Program-made: the position numbers and the translations under genes | Part shown: piece after piece, positions 1-13,633 of the stretch | Numbering within the stretch: the stretch's first letter is position 1 | Layout of the letters: the number at the start of each line of letters is the position of its first letter | Notes under the pieces: generated by a model | What the model saw: the letters and a program-made list of their open reading frames with translations, nothing else | Databases searched by the model: none | Told to the model about the DNA's origin: nothing | Assembly (NCBI GenBank): GCA_963796055.1 | Contig: CAWCKH010000004.1 | Span: forward strand, 544,001-608,000 | Reading direction: 5' to 3' | Origin: an uncultured delta proteobacterium | Lineage (GTDB): Bacteria; Myxococcota; Myxococcia; Myxococcales; Myxococcaceae | Length of the DNA stretch: 64,000 bases

Positions 1-871
1 CCTTGTGAACGATGATCTTCCGCCGGAGGTGGCTCCAGATGGCTCGCGACAGGACCACCTTTTCCAGGTCTCGCCCGAAGCGGATCAGGTCCTTGGTCGA
101 GTGCCGGTGTGACACACGCTGGACGTCCTGTTCGATGATCGGCCCGGCATCCAGCGTCTCGGTCACGTAGTGGCTCGTCGCTCCGATGATCTTCACGCCC
201 CGCTCACGGGCCGAGTGGTACGGGCGAGCGCCGGGGAAGGCCGGAAGGAATGCGTGGTGGATGTTGATGATTCGATTTGGATACGCCCGCACGAACTCGC
301 CGGTGAGAATCTGCATGTAGCGCGCGAGGACGACGAGGTCGATCCGATGGCTCTGGAGAAGCGCCAGCTGCTCTCTCTCGACCTCGCTCTTGTTCTCCTT
401 CGTCACCGAGAAGGCGCGGAAGGCGATCCCGAACCTCCGGGCCACCGGCTCGAGGTCAGGATGATTGCCGACGATGACCGGCACCTCGACCGTCCACTCT
501 CCGGACTCGCGGTGCGCGAGAATGTCGTAGAGGCACCAGGGGTCCTTCGAGACGAAGATCGCCATCCGAAGGACCTCGTCCGAGTAATGAAGCGACCACT
601 CCGTGTCGGGCTCCGTACCGATCAGGAGGTGGAGACGTTCGGCGATCTCCTCGTCGGTCATCCCAAAGCTGGAGACGTCCCACTTCAGGCGGGTGTAGTA
701 GTGATTGTCGTTCTCGGCGTCGACGTACTGATCATGGTAGAGCAGGCGCCCGTGGGTGTAGATGAACTGGGTCAGGCTGGCGGCCAGACCAAGGCGCAGC
801 GGGCAGTGCAGGAGCAGAGTGACCGAACGAGCGACCTCGCGAAGGCTCTCCTTCCCCCGCTCACTGACCAT
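1..871 (-). CDS. purU: formyltetrahydrofolate deformylase (stop codon just beyond window edge)
   Basis: Manual translation of - strand from ATG 871: MVSERGKES...LRMAIFVSKDPWCLYDIL...RGVKIIGATSHYVTETLDAGPIIEQDVQRVSH...GRDLEKVVLSRAI; absent from ORF track because it runs off the edge. Confidence 0.93.
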   Translation of the reverse strand, partial: MVSERGKESLREVARSVTLLLHCPLRLGLAASLTQFIYTHGRLLYHDQYVDAENDNHYYTRLKWDVSSFGMTDEEIAERLHLLIGTEPDTEWSLHYSDEVLRMAIFVSKDPWCLYDILAHRESGEWTVEVPVIVGNHPDLEPVARRFGIAFRAFSVTKENKSEVEREQLALLQSHRIDLVVLARYMQILTGEFVRAYPNRIINIHHAFLPAFPGARPYHSARERGVKIIGATSHYVTETLDAGPIIEQDVQRVSHRHSTKDLIRFGRDLEKVVLSRAIWSHLRRKIIVHK

Positions 872-1005
872 GGACTCGACTGTCTACGACTCGTTCCGAT
901 GAGGAGCAAGCGCCGACCCGGAATGCTCGCGAAGCCAGGGGCAGCACTCCGAGGGTGAAGGCGCCCATCACCGGCGGGCCGTCATCTGGCCGGCGGCATT
1001 TGCCC

Positions 1006-1968
1006 CTATCCCGCCGCGGCCACCTTCACCGCCTCGGTGGCGGCCACGGGAGTCAGCCAGTGCTCGAACCCCGCCCGCTGCCCCCGGGCCGCGGCGAGGT
1101 ACGCCGTCTGCAGCCCGCGGGTCACCGGCCCCATGCGCCCGGTTCCGATGGTCCGGAAATCGATTTCCCGCAAGGCGACGACCTCCGCCGCCGTCCCGCA
1201 CACGAAGACCTCGTCGGCCCCGTAGAGCTGATCGCGGGAGATGGGCTGCTTCACCACCTCGTGTCCCAGCTCGCGCGCCAGCTGGATGATCGAGTCACGG
1301 GTGAGCCCCTCCAGCACCGAGGCGTCCGGTGGAGTGAGCAGCACGCCATCCTTCACCAGGAAGATGTTCTCCCCGGTGCACTCGGCCACCAGGCCCTGGG
1401 CGTCGAGCATGATCGCCTCCTCGAACCCGAGCCGGAGCGACTCGGTCTTGGCCAGCACCGAGTTGGGGTAGTTCCCGGTGATCTTCGCCTTGGTCATCAT
1501 CACGTTCGGGTGGTGGCGGGTGAAGGAGGAGATGTTCGCCCGGACGCCGTTCTCGATCGCCTCCGTCCCGAGGTACGCCTTCCACTCCCAGACCGCGATC
1601 CCGAAGTAGGGCTTGCCGGCGTCCATGGTGAGGTTCCAGCCGCCCTCGGCGAGCCAGATCAGCGGACGCACGTAGCACTCTTCGTACCCGCTGGCCCGGA
1701 TCGTCTCCAGGCAGGCCTCCACCAGCTCCGGGACTCCATAGGGCAGCTCGCGCCAACCGAGCACCCGGGCGGAGTTGAGCAGCCGCGCCATGTGCTCGCG
1801 GAGCCGGAAGACTGCCGGCCCGCGTGGCGTGCGGTAGCAGCGAATGCCCTCGAAGACGCCGACGCCGTAGTGCAGCGCCGGAGTGAGGAAGTCCAGCTTG
1901 GCGTCCGCCGCCGCCACCAGCTTGCCGTTCAGCCACATCGGCGGCCTCTGCGCCTTCTTCGTCTCCAC
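1006..1968 (-). CDS. ilvE: branched-chain amino acid aminotransferase
   Basis: LHYGVGVFEGIRCY, AKITGNY, ECTGENIF, LEGLTRDSII, CGTAAEV motifs; last gene of ilv-leu operon. Confidence 0.96.
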   Translation of the reverse strand: METKKAQRPPMWLNGKLVAAADAKLDFLTPALHYGVGVFEGIRCYRTPRGPAVFRLREHMARLLNSARVLGWRELPYGVPELVEACLETIRASGYEECYVRPLIWLAEGGWNLTMDAGKPYFGIAVWEWKAYLGTEAIENGVRANISSFTRHHPNVMMTKAKITGNYPNSVLAKTESLRLGFEEAIMLDAQGLVAECTGENIFLVKDGVLLTPPDASVLEGLTRDSIIQLARELGHEVVKQPISRDQLYGADEVFVCGTAAEVVALREIDFRTIGTGRMGPVTRGLQTAYLAAARGQRAGFEHWLTPVAATEAVKVAAAG

Positions 1969-2028
1969 GTGCTCTCCCTGGTTGGTGTCCCCCCGGGCCG
2001 CCCCCCCACGACGGCCCGGGAGGAAATC

Positions 2029-3054
<1,026 letters not shown>

Positions 3055-4758
3055 TCAGTGCTCCTTTGGGGTTGAGCTGCGCGGCGGGAGGGTGATCGCG
3101 CCCTCCGCCGCCGAGGTGACGAGCGCCGCGTACTTGGCGAACACGCCCGAGGTGTAGCGAGGAGCCGGCGGAGACCAGGCCCGGAGGCGGGCGGCGATCT
3201 CCTCGGCCGGGAGCTCTACTCGTAGCTCGCGTGCGTTCACGTCGATGACCACCAGGTCTCCGTCGTGAACCGCGGCGATCGGTCCGCAGGCTGCGGCCTC
3301 CGGGGCCACGTGACCCACCATCAGACCGCGGGTCGCGCCACTGAAGCGGCCGTCGGTGATCAGCGCCACCTGCTCGCCGAGGCCTTGACCGACCAGCGCC
3401 GCGGTGACCCCGAGCATCTCCCGCATGCCCGGGCCGCCCCGCGGGCCCTCGTAGCGGATGACCAGCACGTCGTCCTTGCGGATCCGCCCCGCGCGGACGG
3501 CGGCGAAGGCGTCCTCCTCGCGCTCGAACACCCGGGCCGGCCCGCGGTGGTACGCCCGCTCGTGGCCCGCCATCTTCAGCACGCAGCCGTCGGGCGCGAG
3601 GTTCCCGCGGAGGATGACCAGACCTCCGCTGGGGCTCACCGGATCGGCCAGCGGCCGCACGACTCCTTGACCCGGCGTCTCCCGGGCCGCGGCCGCGTGC
3701 TCCGACCAGCGCCTGCCGTCCACGGCGAGCGCCTCGCCGTCGAGTCTGCCGGCCTCGATCAGCCGCGACACCAGCAGCGGCACCCCGCCCGCCCGGTCCA
3801 TGTCCACCGCGACGTACCTTCCGCCGGGCTTGAGGTCGGCCAGGAGCGGCGTGCGCCTGCTGACAAGGTCGAAATCGTCGATGGCCAGCGGGATGCCGGC
3901 CTCGCGCGCCAGCGCCAGAAGGTGGAGAACGGCGTTGGTGGACCCTCCGGTCGCGGCAACGGCGGCGATCGCGTTCTCGAACGACGCCCGGGTCAGGTGC
4001 TGCCTGGGCCGCATGCCCGCCTGCAGCAGCCGGACCACGAGCGCGCCTGCGGCCCGCGTCGCCTCGTCCTTGCGCGGGTCCTCTGCGGGAATGGTGGCGT
4101 AGCCCACCGGGGAGAGCCCGAGCACCTCGATGGCCAGCGCCATGGTGTTCGCCGTGTACTGGCCCCCGCACGCTCCGCTGCCGGGGCAGGCGGAGTTCTC
4201 GAGCTCCCGGAGCTGCGCCGCGGACATCCGGCCGGCCGCGTGCGCCCCCACCCCCTCGAAGACGTCCTGGATGGTCACGTCGCGCCCCTCGAACCGGCCG
4301 GGGCGAATCGAGCCGCCGTAGAGCACCAGCGAGGGCAGGTCCAGCCGGAGCAGCGCCATCGCCCCCGCGGGAATGGTCTTGTCGCAGCCGACCAGGGCGA
4401 CCATCCCGTCGAAGAGGTGGCCGCGGCCCACCAGCTCGATGGAGTCGGCGATCACCTCGCGGCTGACCAGCGAGGCCTTCATCCCCTCGGTCCCCATGGT
4501 CACCCCGTCGCTGATGGCGATGGTGTCGAACTCCATCGGCGTGCAGCCGGCAGCCCGGATGCCCTGCTTCACCTGCTCCGCGAGCCGGCGGAGATGGAAG
4601 TTGCAAGGCATGGTCTCGGTCCAGGTGCTCGCCACGCCGATCAGGGGCCGAGCGAGGTCCTCCGAGCTGAAGCCGATGGCCTTGAGCATCGACCGGGCCG
4701 GGGCACGGTCCGGTCCCTCCGTGAGCGCGCGGCTCTTGTGGCGCAGGTCGCCCGGCAT
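3055..4758 (-). CDS. ilvD: dihydroxy-acid dehydratase
   Basis: Starts MPGDLRHKS (ATG overlaps leuB stop); [44 protein letters not shown]. Confidence 0.97.
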   Translation of the reverse strand: MPGDLRHKSRALTEGPDRAPARSMLKAIGFSSEDLARPLIGVASTWTETMPCNFHLRRLAEQVKQGIRAAGCTPMEFDTIAISDGVTMGTEGMKASLVSREVIADSIELVGRGHLFDGMVALVGCDKTIPAGAMALLRLDLPSLVLYGGSIRPGRFEGRDVTIQDVFEGVGAHAAGRMSAAQLRELENSACPGSGACGGQYTANTMALAIEVLGLSPVGYATIPAEDPRKDEATRAAGALVVRLLQAGMRPRQHLTRASFENAIAAVAATGGSTNAVLHLLALAREAGIPLAIDDFDLVSRRTPLLADLKPGGRYVAVDMDRAGGVPLLVSRLIEAGRLDGEALAVDGRRWSEHAAAARETPGQGVVRPLADPVSPSGGLVILRGNLAPDGCVLKMAGHERAYHRGPARVFEREEDAFAAVRAGRIRKDDVLVIRYEGPRGGPGMREMLGVTAALVGQGLGEQVALITDGRFSGATRGLMVGHVAPEAAACGPIAAVHDGDLVVIDVNARELRVELPAEEIAARLRAWSPPAPRYTSGVFAKYAALVTSAAEGAITLPPRSSTPKEH

Positions 4759-5864
4759 CAGCGCTCCTCCATCTGCAGCTGGGGCCTCTGCCTGCCCGGC
4801 ACCGCGCGGCGGAGCGCACGGAGCACCGCGCTGCCCGCCTCCTGCGTGCTGGCGGAGTGCCGGCCGGGCGGAGTGACGTCCTCGGTCAGCACGCCCTCCT
4901 CGAGCGCAGCGCTCACCGCAGCTTCCAGCGCCCAGGCCGCCCCGAGCAACCCCAGCGAGAGACGGAGGAGCATCGCCGCGCTGAGGATCGCCCCGTAGGG
5001 ATTGGCCACTCCCCGGCCGGCGAGCGCCGGCGCTGAGCCGTGGATCGGCTCGTAGAGCCCGAGCGGCCCGTCGCCCAGCGACGCCGAGGGGAGCATCCCG
5101 ATGGAGCCTCCGAGAACCGCCGCCTCGTCGGTGAGCACGTCGCCGAAGAGGTTCTCGGTGACGATCACGTCGAAGGACCTCGGCGCCCGCACCAGCTGCA
5201 TCGCGCAGGAATCGACCAGCTGGTGGTCGAGCTGCACGTCGGGGAACTCGCTCTCCACCACCCGCGTCGTCACCTCTCTCCACAGCCGGGAGGTCTCCAG
5301 CACGTTGGCCTTGTCCACCGAGGTGAGCTTCCGGCGACGGGCCAGGGCGTAGCCGGCGGCGGCGCGCACCACGCGCTCGACTTCGCCGACCGTGTAGGAG
5401 CACACGTCCTCGGCGCGGTCCCCCTCACGCCGCTTGGCGCCGAAGTAGATGCCGCCGGTCAGCTCGCGGACCACCAGGAGGTCGACCCCTCGGAGCAGCT
5501 CGGGTCGGAGCGGTGAGCTGGGAATGACCTGCGGGTGAACGGTGACCGGGCGGAGGTTGGCGAACAGTCCCAGCTCCCGGCGCAGCGCGAGCAGACCCTG
5601 CTCGGGCCGGACCCTCGCCTCGGGCGGCCACCGCGGTCCTCCCACTGCCCCGAGCAGGACGGCGCTCGCCGAGCGGCACAGGGCGAGCGTCTCCTCGGGG
5701 AGCGCCGAGCCGGTCTGATCGATGGCGCACCCACCGATGAGCGCATGCCGGAGCTCCACCGTCTCTCCGTGCAGGGCGGCCGCCTCGACCAGGGCGCGCG
5801 CCGCGAGCTCGGTCACCTCGGGGCCGATCCCGTCGCCCCCCAGCACCGCGACCAGATGGCTCAT
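4758..5864 (-). CDS. leuB: 3-isopropylmalate dehydrogenase
   Basis: Starts [55 protein letters not shown] coupling with leuD. Confidence 0.97.
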   Translation of the reverse strand: MSHLVAVLGGDGIGPEVTELAARALVEAAALHGETVELRHALIGGCAIDQTGSALPEETLALCRSASAVLLGAVGGPRWPPEARVRPEQGLLALRRELGLFANLRPVTVHPQVIPSSPLRPELLRGVDLLVVRELTGGIYFGAKRREGDRAEDVCSYTVGEVERVVRAAAGYALARRRKLTSVDKANVLETSRLWREVTTRVVESEFPDVQLDHQLVDSCAMQLVRAPRSFDVIVTENLFGDVLTDEAAVLGGSIGMLPSASLGDGPLGLYEPIHGSAPALAGRGVANPYGAILSAAMLLRLSLGLLGAAWALEAAVSAALEEGVLTEDVTPPGRHSASTQEAGSAVLRALRRAVPGRQRPQLQMEER

Positions 5865-6448
5865 CTGCCCTCCTCGCGGCGGCGGGCCTGCTCGTAGGCG
5901 GCGATCGCCTCGGCCTGGCCGAGGAGGAAGCCCAGCTCGTCCGTCCCGTCGAGCAGACAGCGGCGGGCGAAGGGATCGATGGAGAAGCGGGCCCGGACGC
6001 CGGGCGCGATGACCTCCTGCGCCTCGAGGTCCACCGTCACCTCCACGAAGGGCTGGGCGAGCAGCGCCCGGTGCGCCTCCTCGTCCACCACCGCCGGCAC
6101 CAGCCCATTCTTGACCGCGTTGTTCCGGAAGATGTCGGCGATGGAAGCGCTGATCACCGCCCGGAACCCGTGGTCCACCAGCGCCCAGGGCGCGTGCTCC
6201 CGCGACGAGCCGCAACCGAAGTTGGCCCCGGCCACCAGGACGCGGGCCTCGGATGCCCGGGGGTCGTTGAGCGGAAAGTCGGCCACCGGAGCACCCTGCG
6301 CGTCGTACCGCCACCCGGCGAAGAGCCACCGCCCCAGCCCTTCCCGGGTGGTCCCCTTCAGGAAGCGCGCGGGGATGATCTGGTCGGTGTCGATGTCGCG
6401 CCGGGGGAGCACCACTGCCCGGGAGGTGAGCGTGCGGAAGGGCTGCAT
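5861..6448 (-). CDS. leuD: 3-isopropylmalate dehydratase small subunit
   Basis: MQPFRTL...[14 protein letters not shown]...[15 protein letters not shown]...[14 protein letters not shown]. Confidence 0.97.
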   Translation of the reverse strand: MQPFRTLTSRAVVLPRRDIDTDQIIPARFLKGTTREGLGRWLFAGWRYDAQGAPVADFPLNDPRASEARVLVAGANFGCGSSREHAPWALVDHGFRAVISASIADIFRNNAVKNGLVPAVVDEEAHRALLAQPFVEVTVDLEAQEVIAPGVRARFSIDPFARRCLLDGTDELGFLLGQAEAIAAYEQARRREEGR

Positions 6449-7891
6449 CAGCGTCTCCCCTCTCCCCGGCCGTCGAGGAAGCCCCGCGGATCGGCCAGCG
6501 CCCCGGCGATGGCCGCGGCAGCGGCCGTGAGCGGGCTGGCGAGGAAGGTGCGTGCTCCCGGCCCCTGCCGGCCCTCGAAGTTGCGGTTGGAGGTGCTCAC
6601 CGCGGACTGGCCCGGCGCCACCAGATCGCCGTTCATCGCGATGCACATCGAGCAGCCCGGCTCTCGCCACTCCGCGCCGGCCTCGAGGAAGACCCGGTGC
6701 AGCCCCTCGGCCTCCGCCGCGCGCTTCACCTCCCGTGAGCCGGGGACCACCAGGGCCCTGACCCGTGGTGCCACCCGGCGGCCGCGGAGAACCGACGCCG
6801 CGGCACGGAGGTCGGAGAGCCGGCCGTTGGTGCAGGAACCGATGAACACCACGTCGATGGGGTGCCCCTGGAGCGGCTGTCCGGGCTGCAGCCCCATGTA
6901 GCGCAGGGCCGCCTCGAGGGCGCGGCGGGTCGACGGCTCGCGCTCGCGCTCCGGCTCCGGGACACGCCCCGACACCGGTGCGGACATGCCCGGGTTGGTG
7001 CCGAAGGTGATGGTGGGCTCGAGCGCCGAGGCGTCGATCTCGATCGCCGCGTCGAACCGCGCGCCCGGATCGCTCCTCAGGGTCCGCCAGCGGTCCAGCG
7101 CGGCGTCCCACGCCTTCCCCTTCGGTGCGCGGGGCCGGCCGTGCAGGTACTCGAACGTCGTGTCGTCCGGGGCGACCAGGCCGGCGCGGGCCCCGGCCTC
7201 GATGGACATGTTGCAGAGGGTCATCCGCGCTTCCATCGGCAGCGCGCGGATCGCCTCGCCGGCGTACTCCAGGACGTGGCCGGTCCCTCCGGACACCCCG
7301 AGCCGGGAGATGATCTCCAGGATCAGGTCCTTGGCGGTGACGCAGGGCCCGAGCCGGCCCTGCACCCGGACCTCCATGGTCCGCGGACGCCGCTGGAGCA
7401 GGCACTGGGTGGCCAGCACGTGCCCCACCTCGCTGGTGCCGATGCCGAAGGCGAAGGCGCCGAACGCGCCGTGGGTGCTGGTGTGGCTGTCGCCACAGAC
7501 CACCGTGCGCCCGGGCTGGGTCAAGCCGAGCTCGGGCCCGATGACGTGGACGATGCCCTGGTGTTCGGCGCCCAGAGGGTGCAGCTCGACGCCGAACTCG
7601 CGGCAATTCCGCTCCAGCGCGTCGAGCTGGCTCCGGCATTCCACATCCGTGATCTCCACCTCGCCCGCCGTGCCCGCGGGCGTGGTGGGGATGGAGTGGT
7701 CCATCGTCGCCAGGGTCAGGTCCGGACGGCGCACCCGCAGCCCGCGCTCGCGGAGCATGGTGAAGGCCTGCGGCGAGGTGACCTCGTGCACCAGGTGCAG
7801 GTCCACGAAGAGCACCGCCGGTGTCTCTGCCGTCTCTGGACGGACCAGGTGGTCGGTCCAGATCCGGTCGAACAGGGTCCGCGCACCAGGC

Positions 7892-7905
<14 letters not shown>
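6448..7905 (-). CDS. leuC: 3-isopropylmalate dehydratase large subunit
   Basis: [53 protein letters not shown]. Confidence 0.97.
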
Positions 7906-9469
<1,564 letters not shown>

Positions 9470-9533
9470 CTCTGGTGTCTCCTGGGAAAGGTGCTCTGGC
9501 GCTCCAGCGCCGGTGTTCGTTCGTGCTCCGGGA

Positions 9534-10097
9534 TCAGGCCGCGAGATCTCCCTCGGACGGGCCGGCCACGCCCTGCATCGCCGCACCGCGGGCCATGGCC
9601 ACTGCCCCGGTCCGGACCATCTCCAGAATTCCGAATGGGCGGAGCAGCTCGATCAGCCCATCCAGCTTCTCCGGGGTGCCGGTCACCTCGGCGGTGAGCG
9701 CCTCGGGGGCCACGTCCACCACCCGGGCGCGGAAGGTCTCGCAGAGCTGGAGGATCTCCCCCCGCCGCTCGGCGCCGGCGCGCACCTTGACGAAGGCCAG
9801 CTCCCGCGAGACCGCCGGGGCGTGGGTCACGTCGTGGACCTCGAGGACGTTGACCAGCTTGTAGAGGTTGGCCTCCAGCCGCTGAGCGGTGTCCTCGTCG
9901 CACTGCACCACCAGGGTGATGCGCGAGACCCCTTCCCGCTCGGTGCGGCCGACGGTGAGCGAGTCGATGTTGAAGCCCCGCCGGCGGAAGAGCGAGACCA
10001 CCCGGTTCAGGGTGCCGGGCCGGTCCTCCACGTAGGCGATGAAGGTACGGGAAATGCGCCGGCCGCTGGGTGCGGCAAAGGCCGAGTCATGACTCAT
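9534..10097 (-). CDS. ilvN: acetolactate synthase small (regulatory) subunit
   Basis: VEDRPGTLNRVVSLFRRRGFNIDSLTVG ACT domain; FGILEMVRTG. Confidence 0.95.
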   Translation of the reverse strand: MSHDSAFAAPSGRRISRTFIAYVEDRPGTLNRVVSLFRRRGFNIDSLTVGRTEREGVSRITLVVQCDEDTAQRLEANLYKLVNVLEVHDVTHAPAVSRELAFVKVRAGAERRGEILQLCETFRARVVDVAPEALTAEVTGTPEKLDGLIELLRPFGILEMVRTGAVAMARGAAMQGVAGPSEGDLAA

Positions 10098-11856
10098 GGA
10101 TGCTCTCCTCGATCCGTGAGGGCCGCCGGATCATCGCGTGCAGGTCGGCGTTGGCCGGAACCATTGGGTAGACCGCCTCCTCGCCCTCGACGCAGAACTC
10201 GATCACCACCGTGCCCGGGGCGCTCCGTGCCGTCTCCACCGCCGCGGGGATCTGCTCGCGGCTGGTGACCCGGAGCGCGGTCAGCCCGTGCGCCTCGGCC
10301 AGCTTCACGAAGTCCGGGCTCTTCAGCGGCGTGGCTACGTACCGGCCGCCGTAAAAGAACTCCTGCCACTGCCGGACCATCCCCAGGTAGCCGTTGTTGA
10401 TCAGCGCGACGTTGACCTTGATCCCCTCCTGGGCGCAGGTGATCAGCTCGCAGGCGGTCATCTGGAAGCCACCGTCGCCCACCACCACCCAGATGTCGTC
10501 CTGGGGCCGGGCGAAGCGGGCGCCGATCGCCGCCGGGAGCGCGAAGCCCATCGTGCCCAGCCCGCCGGAGGTGAGGAGCGAGCGCGGACGCTCGTGGCGG
10601 TAGTACTGCGCTTCCCACATCTGGTGCTGGCCGACGTCGGTCACCACCAGCGCCTCGCCCCGGGTGAGCCTCCACAGATCGTGCAAGACGTGCGGCGCGC
10701 GCAGCTTCCCGCCGTGGGGGATGCCCTGCACGTCGCGAGCGGCCGAGTCCTCGCGAAGGGTGCGAATCTTCTCTCGCCACTCGCCGTGCTCGCGCTCCCG
10801 GACCGCGGGGAGCAGCCAATCGAGCGACCTTCGCAGATCACCCACCAGCGCCACGTCGGCCTTGACGTTCTTGTTGACCTCGGCGGGGTCGATCTCGAGA
10901 TGGATCTTCCTCGCCGCCGGCGCGTAGTTCTTGAGGTTGCCGGTGACGCGGTCGTCGAAGCGCATGCCGACCGCGATGAGCAGATCGGCCTCCTGCACCG
11001 CGTGGTTCACCCACGCCTCGCCGTGCATGCCCATCATCCCCAGGCTGAGCTCGTGCGAGGCAGGGAACGCGCCGAGGCCCAGGAGGGTGCTGGCCACCGG
11101 AACGCCGGTCTTCTCCACGAAGCGCAGGAGCTGCTCGCTGGCCCCCGCCTTGACCACCCCGTGCCCGCAGAACACCAGCGGACGCTTCGCCTGATCGATG
11201 AGGGCCGCCGCCCGTTCGATCTGCTCCTGGCTCAGCCGGCGCGCCGGGCGGACGCCGGGGAGGCGCACCGGCTCCTCGCTCCAGCGGAACGGCACCGTCG
11301 CCTGCTGCGCGTCCTTGGTGATGTCGACCAGCACCGGCCCGGGCCGGCCCGAGCGCGCGACCTCGAACGCCTCCCGCAGGGTGTGCGCCAGCTCCTCGGC
11401 CCGGGTGACCAGGTAGTTGTGCTTGGTGATCGGCAGGGTGATGCCGGTGATGTCAATCTCCTGGAAGGCGTCGCTTCCCAGCAAGGTGGAGGACACCTGT
11501 CCGGTGATGCAGACGATGGGAGACGAGTCGAGCATCGCGGTGGCGATGCCGGTAACGAGGTTGGTCGCCCCGGGTCCGGAGGTGGCGACGCAGACGCCCA
11601 CCTTGCCCGAGGCGCGCGCGTACCCGTCGGCCATGTGCGAAGCCCCCTGCTCGTGACGGACCAGCACGTGGTGGATGCGGCTCGCCGGCAGCGCGTCGTA
11701 CGCCGGCATGATCGCCCCCCCGGGGTAGCCGAAGACGACCTCCACGCCCTCGCGGGCCAGGACCTCCCAGAGGATCTGCGCCCCGGTCATCCGCGCCGGG
11801 GTCGTGTCGGCGAGCGCGGGGCGTCTTCCGTTCTTCGTCTCGACAATCTGCTCCAT
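10087..11856 (-). CDS. ilvB: acetolactate synthase large subunit
   Basis: FGYPGGAIMP, RHEQGASHMADGYARASG, TDVGQHQMW, SGGLGTMG, GDGGFQM, NNGYLGMVRQWQ. Confidence 0.97.
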   Translation of the reverse strand: MEQIVETKNGRRPALADTTPARMTGAQILWEVLAREGVEVVFGYPGGAIMPAYDALPASRIHHVLVRHEQGASHMADGYARASGKVGVCVATSGPGATNLVTGIATAMLDSSPIVCITGQVSSTLLGSDAFQEIDITGITLPITKHNYLVTRAEELAHTLREAFEVARSGRPGPVLVDITKDAQQATVPFRWSEEPVRLPGVRPARRLSQEQIERAAALIDQAKRPLVFCGHGVVKAGASEQLLRFVEKTGVPVASTLLGLGAFPASHELSLGMMGMHGEAWVNHAVQEADLLIAVGMRFDDRVTGNLKNYAPAARKIHLEIDPAEVNKNVKADVALVGDLRRSLDWLLPAVREREHGEWREKIRTLREDSAARDVQGIPHGGKLRAPHVLHDLWRLTRGEALVVTDVGQHQMWEAQYYRHERPRSLLTSGGLGTMGFALPAAIGARFARPQDDIWVVVGDGGFQMTACELITCAQEGIKVNVALINNGYLGMVRQWQEFFYGGRYVATPLKSPDFVKLAEAHGLTALRVTSREQIPAAVETARSAPGTVVIEFCVEGEEAVYPMVPANADLHAMIRRPSRIEESIHES

Positions 11857-11883
11857 CGACTACCTCCGGTGCTGCCGTGCTCC

Positions 11884-11920
11884 AGAAACGAAAAACCCCC
11901 GCACCGGGTGGGTGCGGGGG
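11884..11920 (-). terminator. intrinsic terminator (attenuator) upstream of ilvB
   Basis: - strand CCCCCGCACC-cacCC-GGTGCGGGGG perfect 10-bp stem (11920-11911 / 11905-11896, 5-nt loop) followed by TTTTTCGTTTCT. Confidence 0.9.
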
Positions 11921-11946
11921 CCGTGTCCTTCCGAGACTTCTTTCGG

Positions 11947-12081
11947 TCAGGTCGGCGGCCCGCACCCCAGGGAAATCAGGGGCAGCAGGACCAGGCCCAG
12001 CAGCAGACCGACGACGACCAGTGAGAGGGCGGAAGACCGGGCAGCAGACGGCAGCCGTGGCGCGAGGGCGATCGCGCTCAT
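11947..12081 (-). CDS. ilv-leu operon leader peptide (attenuation)
   Basis: MSAIALAPRLPSAARSSALSLVVVGLLLGLVLLPLISLGCGPPT; 15 of 20 consecutive codons are Leu/Val/Ile; in-frame alternative ATG at 12108; 3' end (GGGTGCGGG) is complementary to the terminator 5' arm. Confidence 0.85.
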   Translation of the reverse strand: MSAIALAPRLPSAARSSALSLVVVGLLLGLVLLPLISLGCGPPT

Positions 12082-12117
12082 TCCGGCTGCAGTGGGCTGC
12101 GGGGGCATGTGACGCGG

Positions 12118-12146
12118 AGCATCCTCTCGCTGATGCATGGTGTCAA
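12118..12146 (-). promoter_or_regulatory. putative sigma70 promoter of ilv-leu leader
   Basis: TTGACA-17 nt-GATGCT on - strand in a locally AT-richer patch just upstream of the leader ORF. Confidence 0.6.
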
Positions 12147-12316
12147 TGGTTTCTTGAAGACGCCGAGATGATTGAAGAAACATCATAAAACCGTCTCAGT
12201 CATCAACCGAACGGCCGGTCGGGACAGGATAGGCCCGTTTGCCCATCAGCCCCTTCCACAGCACGAACGGCGGACGGCGCGGGCTCGCCCGGACCGCCCC
12301 GCCGCCGAGCTCGCAG

Positions 12317-13322
12317 TCAGCCGTCGTCGCGGTCGCCGCCGTGGCCGGCGGCGGGGAGGATCTCCCAGGTGTTGTTGTCCCCGTGCTGCTGGGTCCAGAA
12401 CACCCGCCAGCCGTCGCGGAACGGGTGGGGGTCGCTCGCTCCGAGCAGGCCGCTCCTGCCCGGGTCGCCGTTGGAGACGTGGATGCCGCTGATCTCGTTG
12501 TCACCCTCGTTCTGGAATCCATGGCCGGCGGCGCTGTACGCCGAGTCGATGGTGGCGGAGGCGTCCCGGCCCTCGGCGAGGAGGCGAAGCGGCTGGTTCC
12601 TCGGATCCGAGTAGTCCTCCCGCATGTCGAACATGAAGGCCGAGTCGAGCGCGTTGCGCTGGCCGTGGAGCCCGTCGCCGGCGTCCTCGACGAAGACGAT
12701 GTGGTCGCGATCCCAGAAGGCCACGTTGTCGAAGCCGGAGTGGAAGGCGTCGCAGAGGAAGAACAGCTCGAGGTAGCCCTCGTTCGCCCCGGGGCGCTCC
12801 TGGACCAGCTTGAACACGGCCCCGAAGCCGCCGAAGGTCGAGCCGGCCTCGGTGCGGAGGTCGGTGTCACCGGTGGCGTCGAAGAAGAACTCGCGGAAGC
12901 CCGTCCCCGGCCGGAACTGGCCGTTCTCGGGACGCTTGAAGGGGGTGCCGTCCTGGGTCTTGGCCGCGGCGTTGGCGCTGAACGGCGCGCTCCCGTCGAC
13001 GTCGGTGTCGTGGATGGTCACCCACCTCGTCCGGAAGACGTTGCCGTAGGTGTGGAGGTCCCTCACGTCGTCCGAGAGGATGTCGGCATCCACCTGGCCG
13101 GCATGGAACACGATGGGAGCGCCGGTCCGCAGCGAAATGACCTGAAGCACCTGCAGCTTCCCGCGGGTGAGGTCGTGCGGGTGCCGGGGGACGAACCGGT
13201 ACACGAAGCTGTTGGGCTGCCGGGCGTTCTTGTTCACCGCGCCCTTCGCGCCACCCACGTGCCGTCGCGAACAGGCCAGCGCAGGACACGACCAGACGAT
13301 GGTGAACTCGCATTCGGTGCAC
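12317..13322 (-). pseudogene. PhoX/DUF839-family alkaline phosphatase remnant with internal deletion
   Basis: C-terminal half (VGGAK...FKRPENGQF...GFDNVAFW...FVEDAGD...GDNEISGI...WTQQHGDN) is joined out of frame at ~13260 to a signal-peptide-like start MRVHHRLVVSCAGLFATA. Confidence 0.7.
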
Positions 13323-13592
13323 GTTCCTTGTTCCGCGCGAGGGATAAGGCTGCGGCGCGGTGGCCAGAGGACACGTGCGGCACCAGCGGTTGCACGAGGA
13401 ACCGGTGAGCACGAGGTGACGTGCACAGGTCCATCGACGTTGGGCTCATCCCATTCGATGTCGACACGTTCGCGAAGCCCCGCTCGACGGGCCCGCCGCC
13501 CGGCGCGACCACGTCACTCGGGTGATTCTCTCCAGCGCTCAGACGGACCCAGTACTGACCTCGGCCAGCGCCATGCAGTGCGCCGGGCCGTT

Positions 13593-13621
13593 GACCGCGG
13601 CGACGGATGCTCGCCGCGGTC
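13593..13621. terminator. GC-rich hairpin downstream of mtsC
   Basis: GACCGCGGCGA-cggatgc-TCGCCGCGGTC perfect 11-bp stem 12 nt after the mtsC stop; no U-tract. Confidence 0.4.
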
Positions 13622-13633
13622 TGCCCCCGGGCA

